DNA of 64,000 nt from Vulcanimicrobiota bacterium (GTDB lineage: Bacteria; Vulcanimicrobiota; Xenobia; Xenobiales; JADMJV01): the NCBI GenBank assembly GCA_050250895.1, contig JBFWNU010000001.1, positions 3,488,149-3,552,148 of the forward strand. Direction: 5' to 3'. The notes beneath the pieces were generated by a model that saw only the letters and a program-made list of their open reading frames with translations, ran no database searches and was not told the origin of the DNA. Of the stretch, positions 46,382 to 58,487 are shown one piece after another. The first letter of the stretch is position 1; each line of letters opens with the position of its first letter. Position numbers and translations under genes: made by a program.

Positions 46382-47912
46382 CCTCCTCGGCCAGATCCAG
46401 CAGACCCTCGATGGGAAACGGTTTGGCCAGACACTTGACCACGCCCAGACGCAGGGCCTCGGCCTGAACGTCGCCCGCCAGCGTGCCACTGACGAGAATG
46501 ATGGGAACGCCCCCCGAGGGAAGCTGGCGCAGCACATCCAGGCCCGAGATCCCGGGCAGACCGTGGTCGAGCACGCACACCTTGGGAGGCAAGGTGCGGA
46601 TGGCGTCGAGCGCTTCTTCACCGGTGCGCAGGTGCTTGATGCGAAAGCCCCGCAAACGGGCCATGCGGGTGACGATGACGGCCAGGGCCTCGTCGTCTTC
46701 CACCAGCACGATGTCGGGCGGTTGCTCGGCCGGTGGACTGGCCAGCACGACCTGGTTTCGGCCCGCTCGCTTGCCTTCATAGAGGGCCCCGTCAGCCAGC
46801 CGGAAGAGGTCGCCGAGATTGAAGCCGTCTCGGCCCAGCTCGGCCACCCCGGCGGTGTAGGTCACGGCCACCTCGGGGTCAAAGTCAAAGCGCAGGCTAC
46901 TAAAGGTCTGGGCCAAACCTTCCAGCCGCTTGGCCGCATTCTCCTTGCTCGAATCGTAGAGCGCCACCAGAAACTCTTCGCCGCCCCAACGCGAGACGAT
47001 GTCCTCCTGGCGAAACGACCTTCTGAGCAGTTCGCCCAGCCTGGCCAGCACTTCGTCGCCGGCGCCATGACCGTAGGTGTCGTTGAGTTGCTTGAAGCGG
47101 TCGACATCGAGCATGGCCAGACTGAAGGGCTTTTCCTTGCGGGCGGCCAGGCGCACCATCTGGTCCAGAAAAGGGGCAGCGTTGCGGCGGGCCAGGCAGC
47201 CGGTGAGCGTGTCGCGCTGTTGCAGTCGAAAAGGTCGATTGCGCTGCATTCGGCTGGCCAGACGTCCGAGCACGTAGGCAAGACCCGCCTGGGTGCAGAG
47301 CACGTCGTCCCCCCCGGCTTCCAGGGCCATGGTCTCCTGGGCCGGGGTGTCGGTCAGAAAGGCGATAGTCAATCGCATCCAGCGCGGGTCCGAACGCACC
47401 ATCTTGCATAAGGTGGCACCGTCGAGATCAGGGGCATCATAGTGCAGCAACAGCATGTCGGGGCGAAATGCCTCGAGCAGGTCCAGGCATTCCTGGGCGC
47501 TGCGGCCGCTGCGCACCTGCCAACCGATGGCTTGCAGCATCTCGGTGTCGATGGAGGCCTGGCGGGGCGAGTCGATGACCACCAGGCGTTCGGGTTCGAG
47601 TTCCGCGTTAAGGATGGTCTCGGCCAGATAGGCCGCCAGGGTGGCCGGGTCGCTTTCGGCGATAGCCAGCGTGGCCCCTTGTTCGAGAGCCTCGAGGCGG
47701 GCTTTGAGCGTGTTCGTCACCAGCGCAACCACCGGACATGCATGATGAGAGGCTTCGCGCGAGCACTCTACCAGATCGACCAACACGGCAGCCGGCACCG
47801 AAGAGACCTCCACTGCCTGTAGGCCGAAAGGGCGCAACGCCCGCATGAGCTCGCGAAAGAGCTTGGGTCGCTCGGTTCTCACCAGCACCTGGTTCGATTG
47901 TCGAAAGTTCAT
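46368..47912 (-). CDS. Multi-REC diguanylate cyclase
   Basis: DVDRFKQLNDTYGHGAGD, RQED I-site, RWGGEEF, C-terminal REC (LDHGLPG). Confidence 0.92.
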   Translation of the reverse strand: MNFRQSNQVLVRTERPKLFRELMRALRPFGLQAVEVSSVPAAVLVDLVECSREASHHACPVVALVTNTLKARLEALEQGATLAIAESDPATLAAYLAETILNAELEPERLVVIDSPRQASIDTEMLQAIGWQVRSGRSAQECLDLLEAFRPDMLLLHYDAPDLDGATLCKMVRSDPRWMRLTIAFLTDTPAQETMALEAGGDDVLCTQAGLAYVLGRLASRMQRNRPFRLQQRDTLTGCLARRNAAPFLDQMVRLAARKEKPFSLAMLDVDRFKQLNDTYGHGAGDEVLARLGELLRRSFRQEDIVSRWGGEEFLVALYDSSKENAAKRLEGLAQTFSSLRFDFDPEVAVTYTAGVAELGRDGFNLGDLFRLADGALYEGKRAGRNQVVLASPPAEQPPDIVLVEDDEALAVIVTRMARLRGFRIKHLRTGEEALDAIRTLPPKVCVLDHGLPGISGLDVLRQLPSGGVPIILVSGTLAGDVQAEALRLGVVKCLAKPFPIEGLLDLAEEAISA

Positions 47913-48008
47913 CGAAAGAAGGTATCGGTCAGGATCGCGGTTTCGATAGGGGGAGGCCATCCCCGTCCGTGGGTAGAATTAGATCCGCTCGGGGGCAGGA
48001 GTTATCAC

Positions 48009-49574
<1,566 letters not shown>

Positions 49575-49613
49575 GGCGGCGGCGGTTGGCCCTACCACTA
49601 CTGGAGGTTACAT

Positions 49614-50300
49614 ATGTTAAAGAAATTCCTTGCCGCGGCCATGATCTTGGCCTGTCTGGCTGCCTGCGAAACCGGCGACGGCGACAATCCCATGACCACG
49701 GGCAACGCCAACAACGCGGCTGCGCCGCCGCCGCCGCCGGCTGCCACCTGCACCACCGGCACTGTCGTCAACGTCCCCTTCGTGGCCAACCCGGCCGACA
49801 ACACCCAGGGCTTCGCCTTCGCCTTTACCGATCTCATGGGCACCAACGCCATGACCGGCGACATTTCGGCAGTCAATCCTGGCGGTGCCGTGACCGGTGG
49901 GGCTGGAGGCGCCATGGGCCAGGTGCTCAACGCCACGCTCAACGTCAACGCCACCAACAATAGCGTGATCACCATCGTGATCAATGGCTCACCCGGCAAC
50001 GCTCTGGTGCAAGGCGCCACCATCCCGGTGGTCGGCCCCGCCGGGCCGCCGCCCGGAGCGACCCAGTTCGCCGTGATCAACATCGCCCAGGCCGTAGGCG
50101 GTCAGGCCAGCTGGCTGGGTGCGGGTGGCAACATCGTGCTCACCACTCTGGCTCCGCCGGTCGGCAACGCGGCCGGTATCACCGGTGTGACCTTGCAGGG
50201 CGTCTGTTTCTTGCCCAACCAGGGCTCGACCGCCCAGGGCACCTTCACCCTCAACGGAGTAGCCCAAGCGGCCAACATCATCAACGCCGGCGGCCTGTAA
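49614..50300 (+). CDS. Lipoprotein, A/G/N/T-rich
   Basis: GGAGG SD; lipobox LAA|C; poly-Pro linker; own terminator. Confidence 0.85.
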   Translation: MLKKFLAAAMILACLAACETGDGDNPMTTGNANNAAAPPPPPAATCTTGTVVNVPFVANPADNTQGFAFAFTDLMGTNAMTGDISAVNPGGAVTGGAGGAMGQVLNATLNVNATNNSVITIVINGSPGNALVQGATIPVVGPAGPPPGATQFAVINIAQAVGGQASWLGAGGNIVLTTLAPPVGNAAGITGVTLQGVCFLPNQGSTAQGTFTLNGVAQAANIINAGGL

Positions 50301-50318
50301 TCCACCGTCGTCCTGGCG

Positions 50319-50348
50319 AGGGCCCTCTCCGGAGGGCCCTTTTTCTTT
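50319..50348 (+). terminator. Rho-independent terminator
   Basis: AGGGCCCTC-TCCG-GAGGGCCCT followed by TTTTCTTT. Confidence 0.9.
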
Positions 50349-50351
50349 GGG

Positions 50352-51626
50352 CTAGTACCACTCGGCGCTGGTCAGACGAGCCTTCATCGTGCGCTGCACC
50401 TCGCGGGCCGCCTTCTTGATGCCCTCTCCGGTGAGCGCATCGAACAGCGAACTCAAGGCTTGAGCCGGGTTTTCCTTCTTGTGGGCGTCTGGCGGTCTTT
50501 GGATGGGCGGGTCCACCTGGCTATTGAGCAGCAGGTCGGCCATGCGTCTCCAAGAGGTGACGACCTCTTCGGTCAGCGCCTCGAAGGCCTCATCCCGGAT
50601 CACCCCAAAGCCCGACAGGTCATAGCGGAGTCGATCGGCGCTGGCCACCGCCCAGGCACCGGCCCCGGCCTTGAAGAGCACCAGGGTCGTAACGACCACT
50701 CCCTCTCGCACGAGAGCCACTCGGGCTGGACCCTCGAGGCCCACTTCCAGTCTTGAGGCGAATCGACAGGGGATGGGGCCACCCACGCTTGCCTCTTCGA
50801 GACTGAAGTCCCCGGTATAAACCAGCCAGGGCGGCAGAGGCTCGCCCAGGTCGAGGGGGCTCTTTCGGGTCGAGCGGGATACGCCCGAGTCCAGACGACG
50901 TTCGCGTGGGCTCGGGCCCTGCACCCGTAACGGTCCCCCAGGCGTGACCTCATACCACTCGAAGAGGTTGTAAGCCACCGTCAACTCTTTGTGCCAACTG
51001 GCTGGTGCCGGCGCTCGCACGATGTCTCGAACGGTCCGGCCGTCGACGCTAAGGTCCACCGGCGCGAAGCCGCAACACTCGGCTACGGCCGCGGCCTCGA
51101 GCGTGTTGGGACTGGTCAAGGTCCAGGCCCAGGGCTTGATCAGACGAAAACAGTATTGGTGCTGGCCGGCCACGGCGGGTCCACCGGGTGGTCGGGCGTC
51201 GTTGCTTCGCTTGAGTTGGCCGTTCTCGAGGACAAAGGCTGCGCTCTCGCCAGGCCCCCAATAGCCGAAGAAGAGGGAGCGATACTTTACTCCCAGAGCG
51301 GCGCGCAGACCGGTGACCAGGTGACCCATCGCCCCTGCCAACCCTACCTCAGCCACGGCCATGGCGGGCAGCAGTTCCTCGATCGGCAACGGCTCATCAA
51401 GCCCGAACCGCACCTGGACCGTGGTTCGATTGATCTTGATGTGGACGGCCTCGGCCCGGGCGGCAACCGCGGCCTGGACGAGTTTGAGCACATAATCACC
51501 CTTGCCCGGCAGGCGGAAGGCGCGCAGCTTGTCGACGGCCCGCTCCATCGAGACGGTGAAACTACCGCTCGACTCGATCTCGCCCTCGCCGGCCAATTTG
51601 CCGAGCATCAGCTGAAGCTTGTCCAC
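50352..51626 (-). CDS. Hypothetical protein with degenerate HSP90/GHKL-like N-terminus
   Basis: SSGSFTVSMERA..KLRAFRLP..YVLKLVQAAV; shares D(L)S.F.V..D.A with 4305-5450. Confidence 0.8.
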   Translation of the reverse strand: MDKLQLMLGKLAGEGEIESSGSFTVSMERAVDKLRAFRLPGKGDYVLKLVQAAVAARAEAVHIKINRTTVQVRFGLDEPLPIEELLPAMAVAEVGLAGAMGHLVTGLRAALGVKYRSLFFGYWGPGESAAFVLENGQLKRSNDARPPGGPAVAGQHQYCFRLIKPWAWTLTSPNTLEAAAVAECCGFAPVDLSVDGRTVRDIVRAPAPASWHKELTVAYNLFEWYEVTPGGPLRVQGPSPRERRLDSGVSRSTRKSPLDLGEPLPPWLVYTGDFSLEEASVGGPIPCRFASRLEVGLEGPARVALVREGVVVTTLVLFKAGAGAWAVASADRLRYDLSGFGVIRDEAFEALTEEVVTSWRRMADLLLNSQVDPPIQRPPDAHKKENPAQALSSLFDALTGEGIKKAAREVQRTMKARLTSAEWY

Positions 51627-51733
51627 GGCGGGCGGTTCTGGGCTTCAGGCGAGCATCCCTGTGAATTCGGGGTTGCCATGCTCGGCAATTCCGGGTATAC
51701 TGCGCAAAACAAATAGTGTTGGAGATACACCAA

Positions 51734-53689
51734 ATGTTAACAATCGATGAACGTCTCCCCCTTACCGACTTCGATGTCCATCTCTGGAATCAAAGCCGGT
51801 TTTACCGTAGTTACGAGAAACTCGGGGCTCACCTGGTAGAAGGTGGGGCCCGTTTTGCTGTCTGGGCTCCCAACGCCGCCCGGGTTTCGGTGATCGGCGA
51901 CTTCAACGGCTGGCGCGAAGACGCCCACCCGCTGCATCGCTCCTACGAGACGGGCATCTGGTTTGGTTTCGTGCCGGGAGTCGAGCACGGCAGCAAATAC
52001 AAATACGCCATCCACTCCCAACACAACGGCTACACCACTCACCGGGCTGACCCCTACGGCTTCTGTTTCGAGATGCGTCCGAATACGGCCACCCGCGTGT
52101 GGGATCTCGAGCAGCATCAGTGGGGTGACCACGAGTGGATGGCCAAACGGGCCGAGCGCGACGTCCATCGGTCGCCCATGTCCATCTACGAGGTTCACCT
52201 GGGCTCGTGGAAACGCGGCGCCGACGGCAACTGGCTGACCTACCGCCAGATCGCCGACGACCTGGCCAGCTATGTGGCCGAGATGGGCTACACCCACGTC
52301 GAACTCTTGCCCGTGACCGAGCACCCCTTCGACGGGTCGTGGGGCTATCAAGCGGTGGGCTACTTCGCCCCCACCTCACGCTTTGGCACTCCAGAAGACT
52401 TCATGTACCTGGTCGACACCCTGCACCAGCACGGCGTCGGGGTCATCCTCGACTGGGTCCCGGCTCACTTTCCCAAAGACCGCTTCGCCCTGGCTTTCTT
52501 CGACGGCACCCACCTCTACGAGCACGCCGACCCGCGACGCGGCGAGCATCCCGAGTGGGGTACCCTGATCTTCAATTACGGCCGCAACGAAGTGCGCAAC
52601 TTCCTCATCTCCAGCGCCCTCTTCTGGCTTGACCGCTATCACATCGACGGCATCCGCGTTGACGCGGTGGCCTCGATGCTTTATCTCGACTACGGTCGCG
52701 ACGAGTTCTTGCCCAACCAGTTCGGCGGCCGCGAGAATCTCGAGGCGGTCGAGTTCTTACGCGACTTCAACCAGGCCGTGGCCGAGCATCATCCGGGCGT
52801 TTTCACTATGGCCGAAGAGTCGACCTCGTGGCCAAAAGTCACGGCCCCGGCCGAAGACGGCGGCCTGGGCTTTAGCTTCAAGTGGAACATGGGTTGGATG
52901 AACGACACCCTCGAGTACTTCGAGAAAGAGCCCATCCATCGCAAATACCACCATCGCAACCTGACCTTCGGCATGATCTATCAGTGGTCCGAGCGCTTCA
53001 TGCTGCCGCTCTCGCACGACGAGGTGGTGCACCTCAAAAAGGCCCTGCTGACCAAGATGCCCGGCGACGACTGGCAGCGCATGGCCAACCATCGCCTCTT
53101 GCTGGCCTACCAGGCCGCCTATCCCGGCAAAAAGCTGCTCTTCATGGGCGGCGAGTTTGGCCAGTGGCAAGAGTGGAGCTTCGAGCGCTCGCTCGACTGG
53201 CATTTGCTGGACCAACCCGAGCATCAGGCGCTGCAGCGCTGGGCCCGCATGGTCAATCACCTCTACCGCGACGAGCCGGCCCTGCATCAGCTCGATCAGT
53301 CCTGGGAGGGCTTCGAGTGGGTCGACTGCGACAACGCCGACGCCAGTGTGGTCAGCTTCTTGCGCTTTCCTGAAGGCCGCGACCACGGCTTCCTTTTCAT
53401 CTTCAACTACACTCCCGTTCCGCGCCTGGAATACCAGGTCGGGCTGCCCTGGGGCGGCCAGTGGGAACCGGTGGCCAACTCTGACGACCCCGAGTTTGGC
53501 GGCAGCGGCTTCAAGCAGTTCGAGACGTTCGAAGCCCAGAGTAAGGAAGCTTTCGGCAAGCCTTACTCGGCTCGCCTCGACCTGCCGCCGCTGGGCGTGG
53601 TCATCCTACGTTCGACCCGTCCGGTAGACACGCCAGAGGAACGTGGGCAGGCGGCAGACAGCGGCGACGACGCGGCGCATCAGGGCTAG
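51734..53689 (+). CDS. glgB: 1,4-alpha-glucan branching enzyme
   Basis: [49 protein letters not shown]. Confidence 0.97.
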   Translation: MLTIDERLPLTDFDVHLWNQSRFYRSYEKLGAHLVEGGARFAVWAPNAARVSVIGDFNGWREDAHPLHRSYETGIWFGFVPGVEHGSKYKYAIHSQHNGYTTHRADPYGFCFEMRPNTATRVWDLEQHQWGDHEWMAKRAERDVHRSPMSIYEVHLGSWKRGADGNWLTYRQIADDLASYVAEMGYTHVELLPVTEHPFDGSWGYQAVGYFAPTSRFGTPEDFMYLVDTLHQHGVGVILDWVPAHFPKDRFALAFFDGTHLYEHADPRRGEHPEWGTLIFNYGRNEVRNFLISSALFWLDRYHIDGIRVDAVASMLYLDYGRDEFLPNQFGGRENLEAVEFLRDFNQAVAEHHPGVFTMAEESTSWPKVTAPAEDGGLGFSFKWNMGWMNDTLEYFEKEPIHRKYHHRNLTFGMIYQWSERFMLPLSHDEVVHLKKALLTKMPGDDWQRMANHRLLLAYQAAYPGKKLLFMGGEFGQWQEWSFERSLDWHLLDQPEHQALQRWARMVNHLYRDEPALHQLDQSWEGFEWVDCDNADASVVSFLRFPEGRDHGFLFIFNYTPVPRLEYQVGLPWGGQWEPVANSDDPEFGGSGFKQFETFEAQSKEAFGKPYSARLDLPPLGVVILRSTRPVDTPEERGQAADSGDDAAHQG

Positions 53690-54172
53690 CCGGCGAGCCA
53701 GCGGGATGGCCAGCATGGCGATGAGCGGGGGCATTCCGGCCACCGCCAGGGACAGAGCCAGCGCGGGCCCGACCCCGACCGCCACAGTGAGATAGCTGAC
53801 CAGCACCGGCAGGACCAGCAGAGCCAGCCAAATGGTGAACATCCAAAGGCGAAATTGGGCCGGACTGTCGAAAGTCGAAACCCAGTCCCGGCAGCATTCC
53901 TTCGGCTCGGGTCGATAGCAGACCAGCACGGGCGCCAGCAACGAGGCTTCGAGCGCCCGCGGCCCGGCCGCTCGCCAGGCCAGCTGGTCGACCGATTGCC
54001 GCCGGCCAGAGTCGGCGCGAAGCCCACTGCGGATCGCCTGGGCGGCCACCAGATAATAGAAGGCTAGAAAGCCCTCGGTGCCGGACTGGCCCTGACTCAG
54101 ACCAACAGCCAGGGCGCCCAGCAGCAATAGAGTGGTCAGGTGACTGGGGTCTAGTTTGCCGATGGTCGTCAA
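53606..54172 (-). CDS. Membrane protein, paralogous to the C-terminal half of the upstream gene
   Basis: TTG overlaps the upstream stop; [15 protein letters not shown] versus WLALLVMPLFSTYLT. Confidence 0.6.
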   Translation of the reverse strand: MTTIGKLDPSHLTTLLLLGALAVGLSQGQSGTEGFLAFYYLVAAQAIRSGLRADSGRRQSVDQLAWRAAGPRALEASLLAPVLVCYRPEPKECCRDWVSTFDSPAQFRLWMFTIWLALLVLPVLVSYLTVAVGVGPALALSLAVAGMPPLIAMLAIPLARRLALMRRVVAAVCRLPTFLWRVYRTGRT

Positions 54173-55335
54173 GTGGGCAGTTCCTCGAAGCGGCGGATGG
54201 CTTGCGCCTTTAGCACCGGCAGCGCAGCCAGGGCCAGTAAGGGGCCTGTCCAGTTGGCCAGCAGGGCCAAAACGGGCAAGAGCAACAGCCAGCCACAGCT
54301 GCCCTGGGCCAGGGTCAGATAGGTTGAGAACAGCGGCATGACCAGCAGCGCCAGCCACAGGGCGCTGACCGTCAGATGCAGCTCCAAAGGCGTGTCGAGG
54401 CTGGCCAGCCCCTGCAGGTTGCACTCGGTCAAGAGGGCTCGGCTCGACCAGCGATAGAACCCCTCGTAGAGGGGCAAAGCCAGCAGTGGGCCGGCCACCA
54501 GCGCCTCGCGCATGCGCGGCCAGGAGGCCACCCGAACCCAGCCTTCCACGATTCGGCGGGGCGATAAGCCCGACCCGAGCAGCAAGGTGAGCTGCTCGCC
54601 CTGGCGGTCGTCCATCGCTGCGGCCGCGGCCATGGCCGGCCGAATTGTCTGCAGCAGCGTGAAGCCGGCGGCCGCCCACAGACCCGCCTGAAGAAACTGC
54701 ACTCCGGCGGGATCGAGATGGTCCCACACGCATAGCAGCAGCGCCCCCAGCATGACCAGGGTGGCCACATGGCCCCTGGGTCGTCGCACCGATTCCCGGG
54801 CCACAATCGGGTTCTCACCCCGCATCGGCCGGAACTTCCTGGCCTGACAGGTGGGGCTCACGGGGGCGTCGATGGACAGGGTGGCCAGGGCCAGGCTGCC
54901 GCCCAGCAGGCCGGCCAACCAGAGCCAGGCGGGCTGGTCGACCGACCAGGCCAGCAGCGGAATCAGCATTAGCAGCAGGCCGGTCGAGCGTTGGCGAACC
55001 AGCATTTGGCCGACACTCGAACCGAAATACAGGCTGACCAGCAGGGTGGGGATAGACCAGGGGCCGCAGATCAGGCAAGCCACCAGCCCGGGCCAACTCT
55101 TGCGCAGGCTCCAGTCGAGCACGGCCCTCGCTTGCTCGCATTCGGTCAGGCAATGGGAGGCTTCGACCTGAGCCAGGGCCTGGGCGCCTCGCAGATCCCA
55201 GATGGCGCGAACGAGCGCATACACGACCGGCACCCACAGACCCCGGTCGGCCAGCAGTAAGAGCAGGCTGACCAGGGGCGGGTCGAGGAAGCGGTCTCGG
55301 GGTCGCATCAGCGGTGCTAGAAGATGGTCTTTCAT
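54169..55335 (-). CDS. Multi-pass membrane protein (ABC-2 permease-like second half)
   Basis: ENPIVARE, DDRQGEQLTLLLGSGLSPRRIVEG motifs; many TM segments. Confidence 0.65.
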   Translation of the reverse strand: MKDHLLAPLMRPRDRFLDPPLVSLLLLLADRGLWVPVVYALVRAIWDLRGAQALAQVEASHCLTECEQARAVLDWSLRKSWPGLVACLICGPWSIPTLLVSLYFGSSVGQMLVRQRSTGLLLMLIPLLAWSVDQPAWLWLAGLLGGSLALATLSIDAPVSPTCQARKFRPMRGENPIVARESVRRPRGHVATLVMLGALLLCVWDHLDPAGVQFLQAGLWAAAGFTLLQTIRPAMAAAAAMDDRQGEQLTLLLGSGLSPRRIVEGWVRVASWPRMREALVAGPLLALPLYEGFYRWSSRALLTECNLQGLASLDTPLELHLTVSALWLALLVMPLFSTYLTLAQGSCGWLLLLPVLALLANWTGPLLALAALPVLKAQAIRRFEELPT

Positions 55336-55343
55336 GGTAGCCC

Positions 55344-55910
55344 TCACGGTCTTTCAATCAGGCCCTGCACGGCCGTGTACTGGGGATAGTTGGGGGTGTC
55401 GATGGAGGCGCCGTGGTGGTAGCAGCCGCGACACACCACTGTGTAGTGCTCTGGCTCATGGTGGACTCGATAACTGCGAGAATAGGTGTCTTTGCCAGCA
55501 CTCGGACAGGTGGGGATGGTCTTGAGGTAGTTGGGCGTGATATAGGCTATCTCGGGGGGATACTGACCGGCCCAGTCGGTGGCGTACATCTCGAGCCCCG
55601 TGCCCAGGTTCTTGAGGTTGGACTTGCAGGCGGTCAGCGGACCCCGACAAACGCAGCGGATGAAGTTGGGCAGCACCACCACGGACAGGGCCACCCCCAC
55701 CAGCAGCATCCCCCCGAGGACCGTCGAAGAGGGCATGGAACGCCACTCCAGGTGAGCGACGACCAGGTTGGTTACGAAGAGGATCAAAACGAATGTTCTG
55801 GATGGGGTCGTCGGCGCGATGACCGCGAGCATGACCACGAAGACTAGGGCCTGAAGGCAGGCCAGCAAGAACAGTTGCAGCAGTCGAAACTTGTCGAGTG
55901 AAGGAATCAC
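55344..55910 (-). CDS. Membrane protein with PulG/pilin-like C-terminal domain
   Basis: Three TM segments, then PNFIR..LTACKSNLKNLGTGLEMYATD..GQYP..IPTCP; no class III cleavage site. Confidence 0.75.
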   Translation of the reverse strand: MIPSLDKFRLLQLFLLACLQALVFVVMLAVIAPTTPSRTFVLILFVTNLVVAHLEWRSMPSSTVLGGMLLVGVALSVVVLPNFIRCVCRGPLTACKSNLKNLGTGLEMYATDWAGQYPPEIAYITPNYLKTIPTCPSAGKDTYSRSYRVHHEPEHYTVVCRGCYHHGASIDTPNYPQYTAVQGLIERP

Positions 55911-56001
55911 GCCATAGCTACTGGCTTTCGGGCTTGACGGTTCAAACGTACGAATGTTTGTCTTCTTGTCGGGTCCCGGAGGTTGGGCTATGCTGGCTTC
56001 T

Positions 56002-56688
56002 ATGGAAGAGCTACTGAGAGAAATCGCCCAGGCCATCCTGCGGGTGGAGGAGCGGTTCGAAGAGAGATTTGACCGGGTGGAGCAACGGCTCGACGGGCTA
56101 GAGCAGCGCTTTGACGGGCTGGAGCAACGCTTTGACGGGCTGGAGCAACGCTTTGACCGGGTGGAGCAACGACTCGACGGGCTAGAGCAGCGCTTTGACG
56201 GGCTAGAGCAACGCTTTGACGGGCTAGAGCAGCGCTTTGACGGCCTAGAGCACCGGCTGGCTCGAGTCGAAGCGAAGATCGACCGGCTGGATGAACGACA
56301 AGAGCGTCTCGAGCGGCGTCAAGATCGATTCGAGGCCCGACTCGAACGCATCGACAACCGTCTTGAGCGCATCGAGGGGCGGGCGGCGCGCACCGAGCAG
56401 AGACTGGACGGGATCGAGCAGCGACTGGAGGGTGGCGAGCAGAGGCTAGCCGACCTCGAAGCTCGGCAGGACCTTACCGAAGAGCGGCTCGAGCGAATCG
56501 AGACGCGGCTGGAAGAGCAGGGCGAGTGGATGGTGGGCAAGGACCGGGCCGACGCCGACATGATGCTTTTCCTCAGCGAGCAGTTTGCCAAGGTCTATCA
56601 ACTCATCGCCGAGCTTCGCGACGATATGCAGGAGGGCTTTCGCCGCCACGGCGAGCGACTCGACCGCCTCGAGGCCAAGGTGGCCTGA
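56002..56688 (+). CDS. Heptad-repeat coiled-coil protein
   Basis: (F/L)DGLEQR repeats followed by degenerate heptads. Confidence 0.8.
   Translation: MEELLREIAQAILRVEERFEERFDRVEQRLDGLEQRFDGLEQRFDGLEQRFDRVEQRLDGLEQRFDGLEQRFDGLEQRFDGLEHRLARVEAKIDRLDERQERLERRQDRFEARLERIDNRLERIEGRAARTEQRLDGIEQRLEGGEQRLADLEARQDLTEERLERIETRLEEQGEWMVGKDRADADMMLFLSEQFAKVYQLIAELRDDMQEGFRRHGERLDRLEAKVA
56068..56256 (+). repeat. In-frame 21-bp VNTR, 9 copies
   Basis: Consensus TTTGACGGGCTAGAGCAGCGC, with a higher-order 84-bp duplication. Confidence 0.95.
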
Positions 56689-56697
56689 GCGGGCGGA

Positions 56698-57789
56698 TTA
56701 GAAGAATCGTTGGGCAGGCTGGCGCCAGCTGGGGCGGCGACGCAGGCGCGCCGACCAGCTCGGCCTGGCCCGCAGGCCGGCGCGATAGAGCGCCTGGCTC
56801 ACCTCACCATCGAGCAACCACGGGCCGGGCTCGATCTCGGTTAGTGAGGCTCCTCGCTCCAACAAAGCCAGGGCGGAACGGCGGTGGCCGAGGGCCTGGA
56901 CCAACAGACCGGCCGAGCCCGGTTCGAGGCTGGCTCCACGCTCGAGCAGAAAATCGAGGCTCTGGCCGCCGGCCAGTGCGTGGTGGAGGGCTCGAGCGGG
57001 GCGAAAGTCTTCGGCCGGGTCGTTGGCTTCGAGCAACTCGGGAGCCTGCTCGAGCAGAGTGGCCAGGGCGGTGGTGTCGCCCAGGTAGGCGACCGAGAAG
57101 AAGTCGAGGGCCAGCTCGCCAAGTGGGCCGGGTGCTTGACCGGCGGCGAGAGCCGCGGCCAGCGGAGTCAGGCAGACCTTTCCCCCAGGCAGGCGGGCGG
57201 CCCGGTTGGGGTCGGCCCCTTCGGCCAGGAATTGTTCTACCAGAGATTGCCGACCCAGCCAGGCGGCCAGCACCAGCCATTCTTGACGAAAGTTTCCCCG
57301 GGGAGGGCGGCCGGAGCGCACCGCCGTCAGGCCAGCCTTGAGCTCGGCGACCCGCTGACCTGGTTGGGCTCGAGCCGGGCTGTTGATCAGGCCCCGAGCC
57401 AGGGGGCCCAGAGCCATCAAGGTTTCCATGGCCTGTTGGGGCGAGGCTCCGGCTGCCTTGAGCGACTCGCCAGCATGCTTGAGCCAGACTCCCGCCGCCC
57501 GGGGAGTGATGACCACGTGGTCATGCACGGCCGCCAGACTGGGCCGGTCGCCGTAGAGGCTTCGGCCGCCCAGCCACTGCTCGAAGAAGGCCTTCTGGGC
57601 CGCGCGCTCGGCGTCGAGATCCTTACGAAAGAGCGGGCGAAGCTCGGGGTCGACCTCGAGGCGGTCGTAGAGTCCGTCGATCCAGCGCTGCACGAACTCG
57701 CGACCGCCAAGCTCGGCCAAGAGCTGGGGGCGAGGATAAAGGCTGGAAGCCAGTGTTCCGCGCTGGTGGATGTCGGTGGTGAGCCGCAC
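56698..57789 (-). CDS. Group II truncated haemoglobin fused to ankyrin repeats
   Basis: LGG..LYDRL..DPELRPLF..FFEQWLGG..Y..LAAVH..VWL; GADPN, TPL, ALHHA, LLERGA. Confidence 0.8.
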   Translation of the reverse strand: MRLTTDIHQRGTLASSLYPRPQLLAELGGREFVQRWIDGLYDRLEVDPELRPLFRKDLDAERAAQKAFFEQWLGGRSLYGDRPSLAAVHDHVVITPRAAGVWLKHAGESLKAAGASPQQAMETLMALGPLARGLINSPARAQPGQRVAELKAGLTAVRSGRPPRGNFRQEWLVLAAWLGRQSLVEQFLAEGADPNRAARLPGGKVCLTPLAAALAAGQAPGPLGELALDFFSVAYLGDTTALATLLEQAPELLEANDPAEDFRPARALHHALAGGQSLDFLLERGASLEPGSAGLLVQALGHRRSALALLERGASLTEIEPGPWLLDGEVSQALYRAGLRARPSWSARLRRRPSWRQPAQRFF

Positions 57790-57851
57790 GGGCGAGGCCT
57801 TCCCGCTGTCTCGACGGGAACCCTGGGGTCCGGCCAGAAGTTACAACCCTC

Positions 57852-58487
57852 ATGCGTCTCGAGGAAAAGCACCCGCTGGCCATTCGCTGGTTCCACTGGC
57901 TCAATTTCCCTCTGCTCTTCGCCATGATCTACAGCGGGTTGGCCATCTACTGGGCCTATCAGCCCTATTCGCTCGCGGGGTTTCACTTTTTTCCGCGAGG
58001 CTTCTTCGAGAGTCTGGGCCTGCGCTACCGGCTGGGCGAAGGGATGGGACTGCATTTTTTCTTCATGTGGCTGTTTGCTCTCAACGGCCTGGCCTACGTT
58101 AGCTATCTGGCCATCTCCGGCGAGTGGCGCGAGTTGTGGCCGAGCCGCGGCAGCTTCAAGCGTGCGCTGCTCGAGGTGGGTCACAGCCTGAGGCTGGTGA
58201 AAGAAAAGCCCGAGCAGGGCAAATACAACGACGCCCAGCGGCTGGCCTACTGCGGTGTGATCGTGATGGGAGTGGGAGCGCTCTTGACCGGACTGGCCAT
58301 CTACAAGCCGGTGCAACTGGGCTGGCTGCGCTGGCTGCTGGGAGGGTACCAGTGGGCCAGGGCCGAGCACTTTGCTCTGACCATGGGCTTTTTGGCCTTC
58401 TTCCTGGTGCATGTGCTGCAAGTCATTCGGGCCGGTTGGAACAACTTTCGAGCCATGGTGATCGGATGCGAGGTGGTCGATGAGTGA
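57852..58487 (+). CDS. Cytochrome b subunit (Ni/Fe-hydrogenase/YdhU type)
   Basis: HPLAIRWFHW, SGL, LHF, KYN..QR.AY, ARAEHF, VHV. Confidence 0.88.
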   Translation: MRLEEKHPLAIRWFHWLNFPLLFAMIYSGLAIYWAYQPYSLAGFHFFPRGFFESLGLRYRLGEGMGLHFFFMWLFALNGLAYVSYLAISGEWRELWPSRGSFKRALLEVGHSLRLVKEKPEQGKYNDAQRLAYCGVIVMGVGALLTGLAIYKPVQLGWLRWLLGGYQWARAEHFALTMGFLAFFLVHVLQVIRAGWNNFRAMVIGCEVVDE

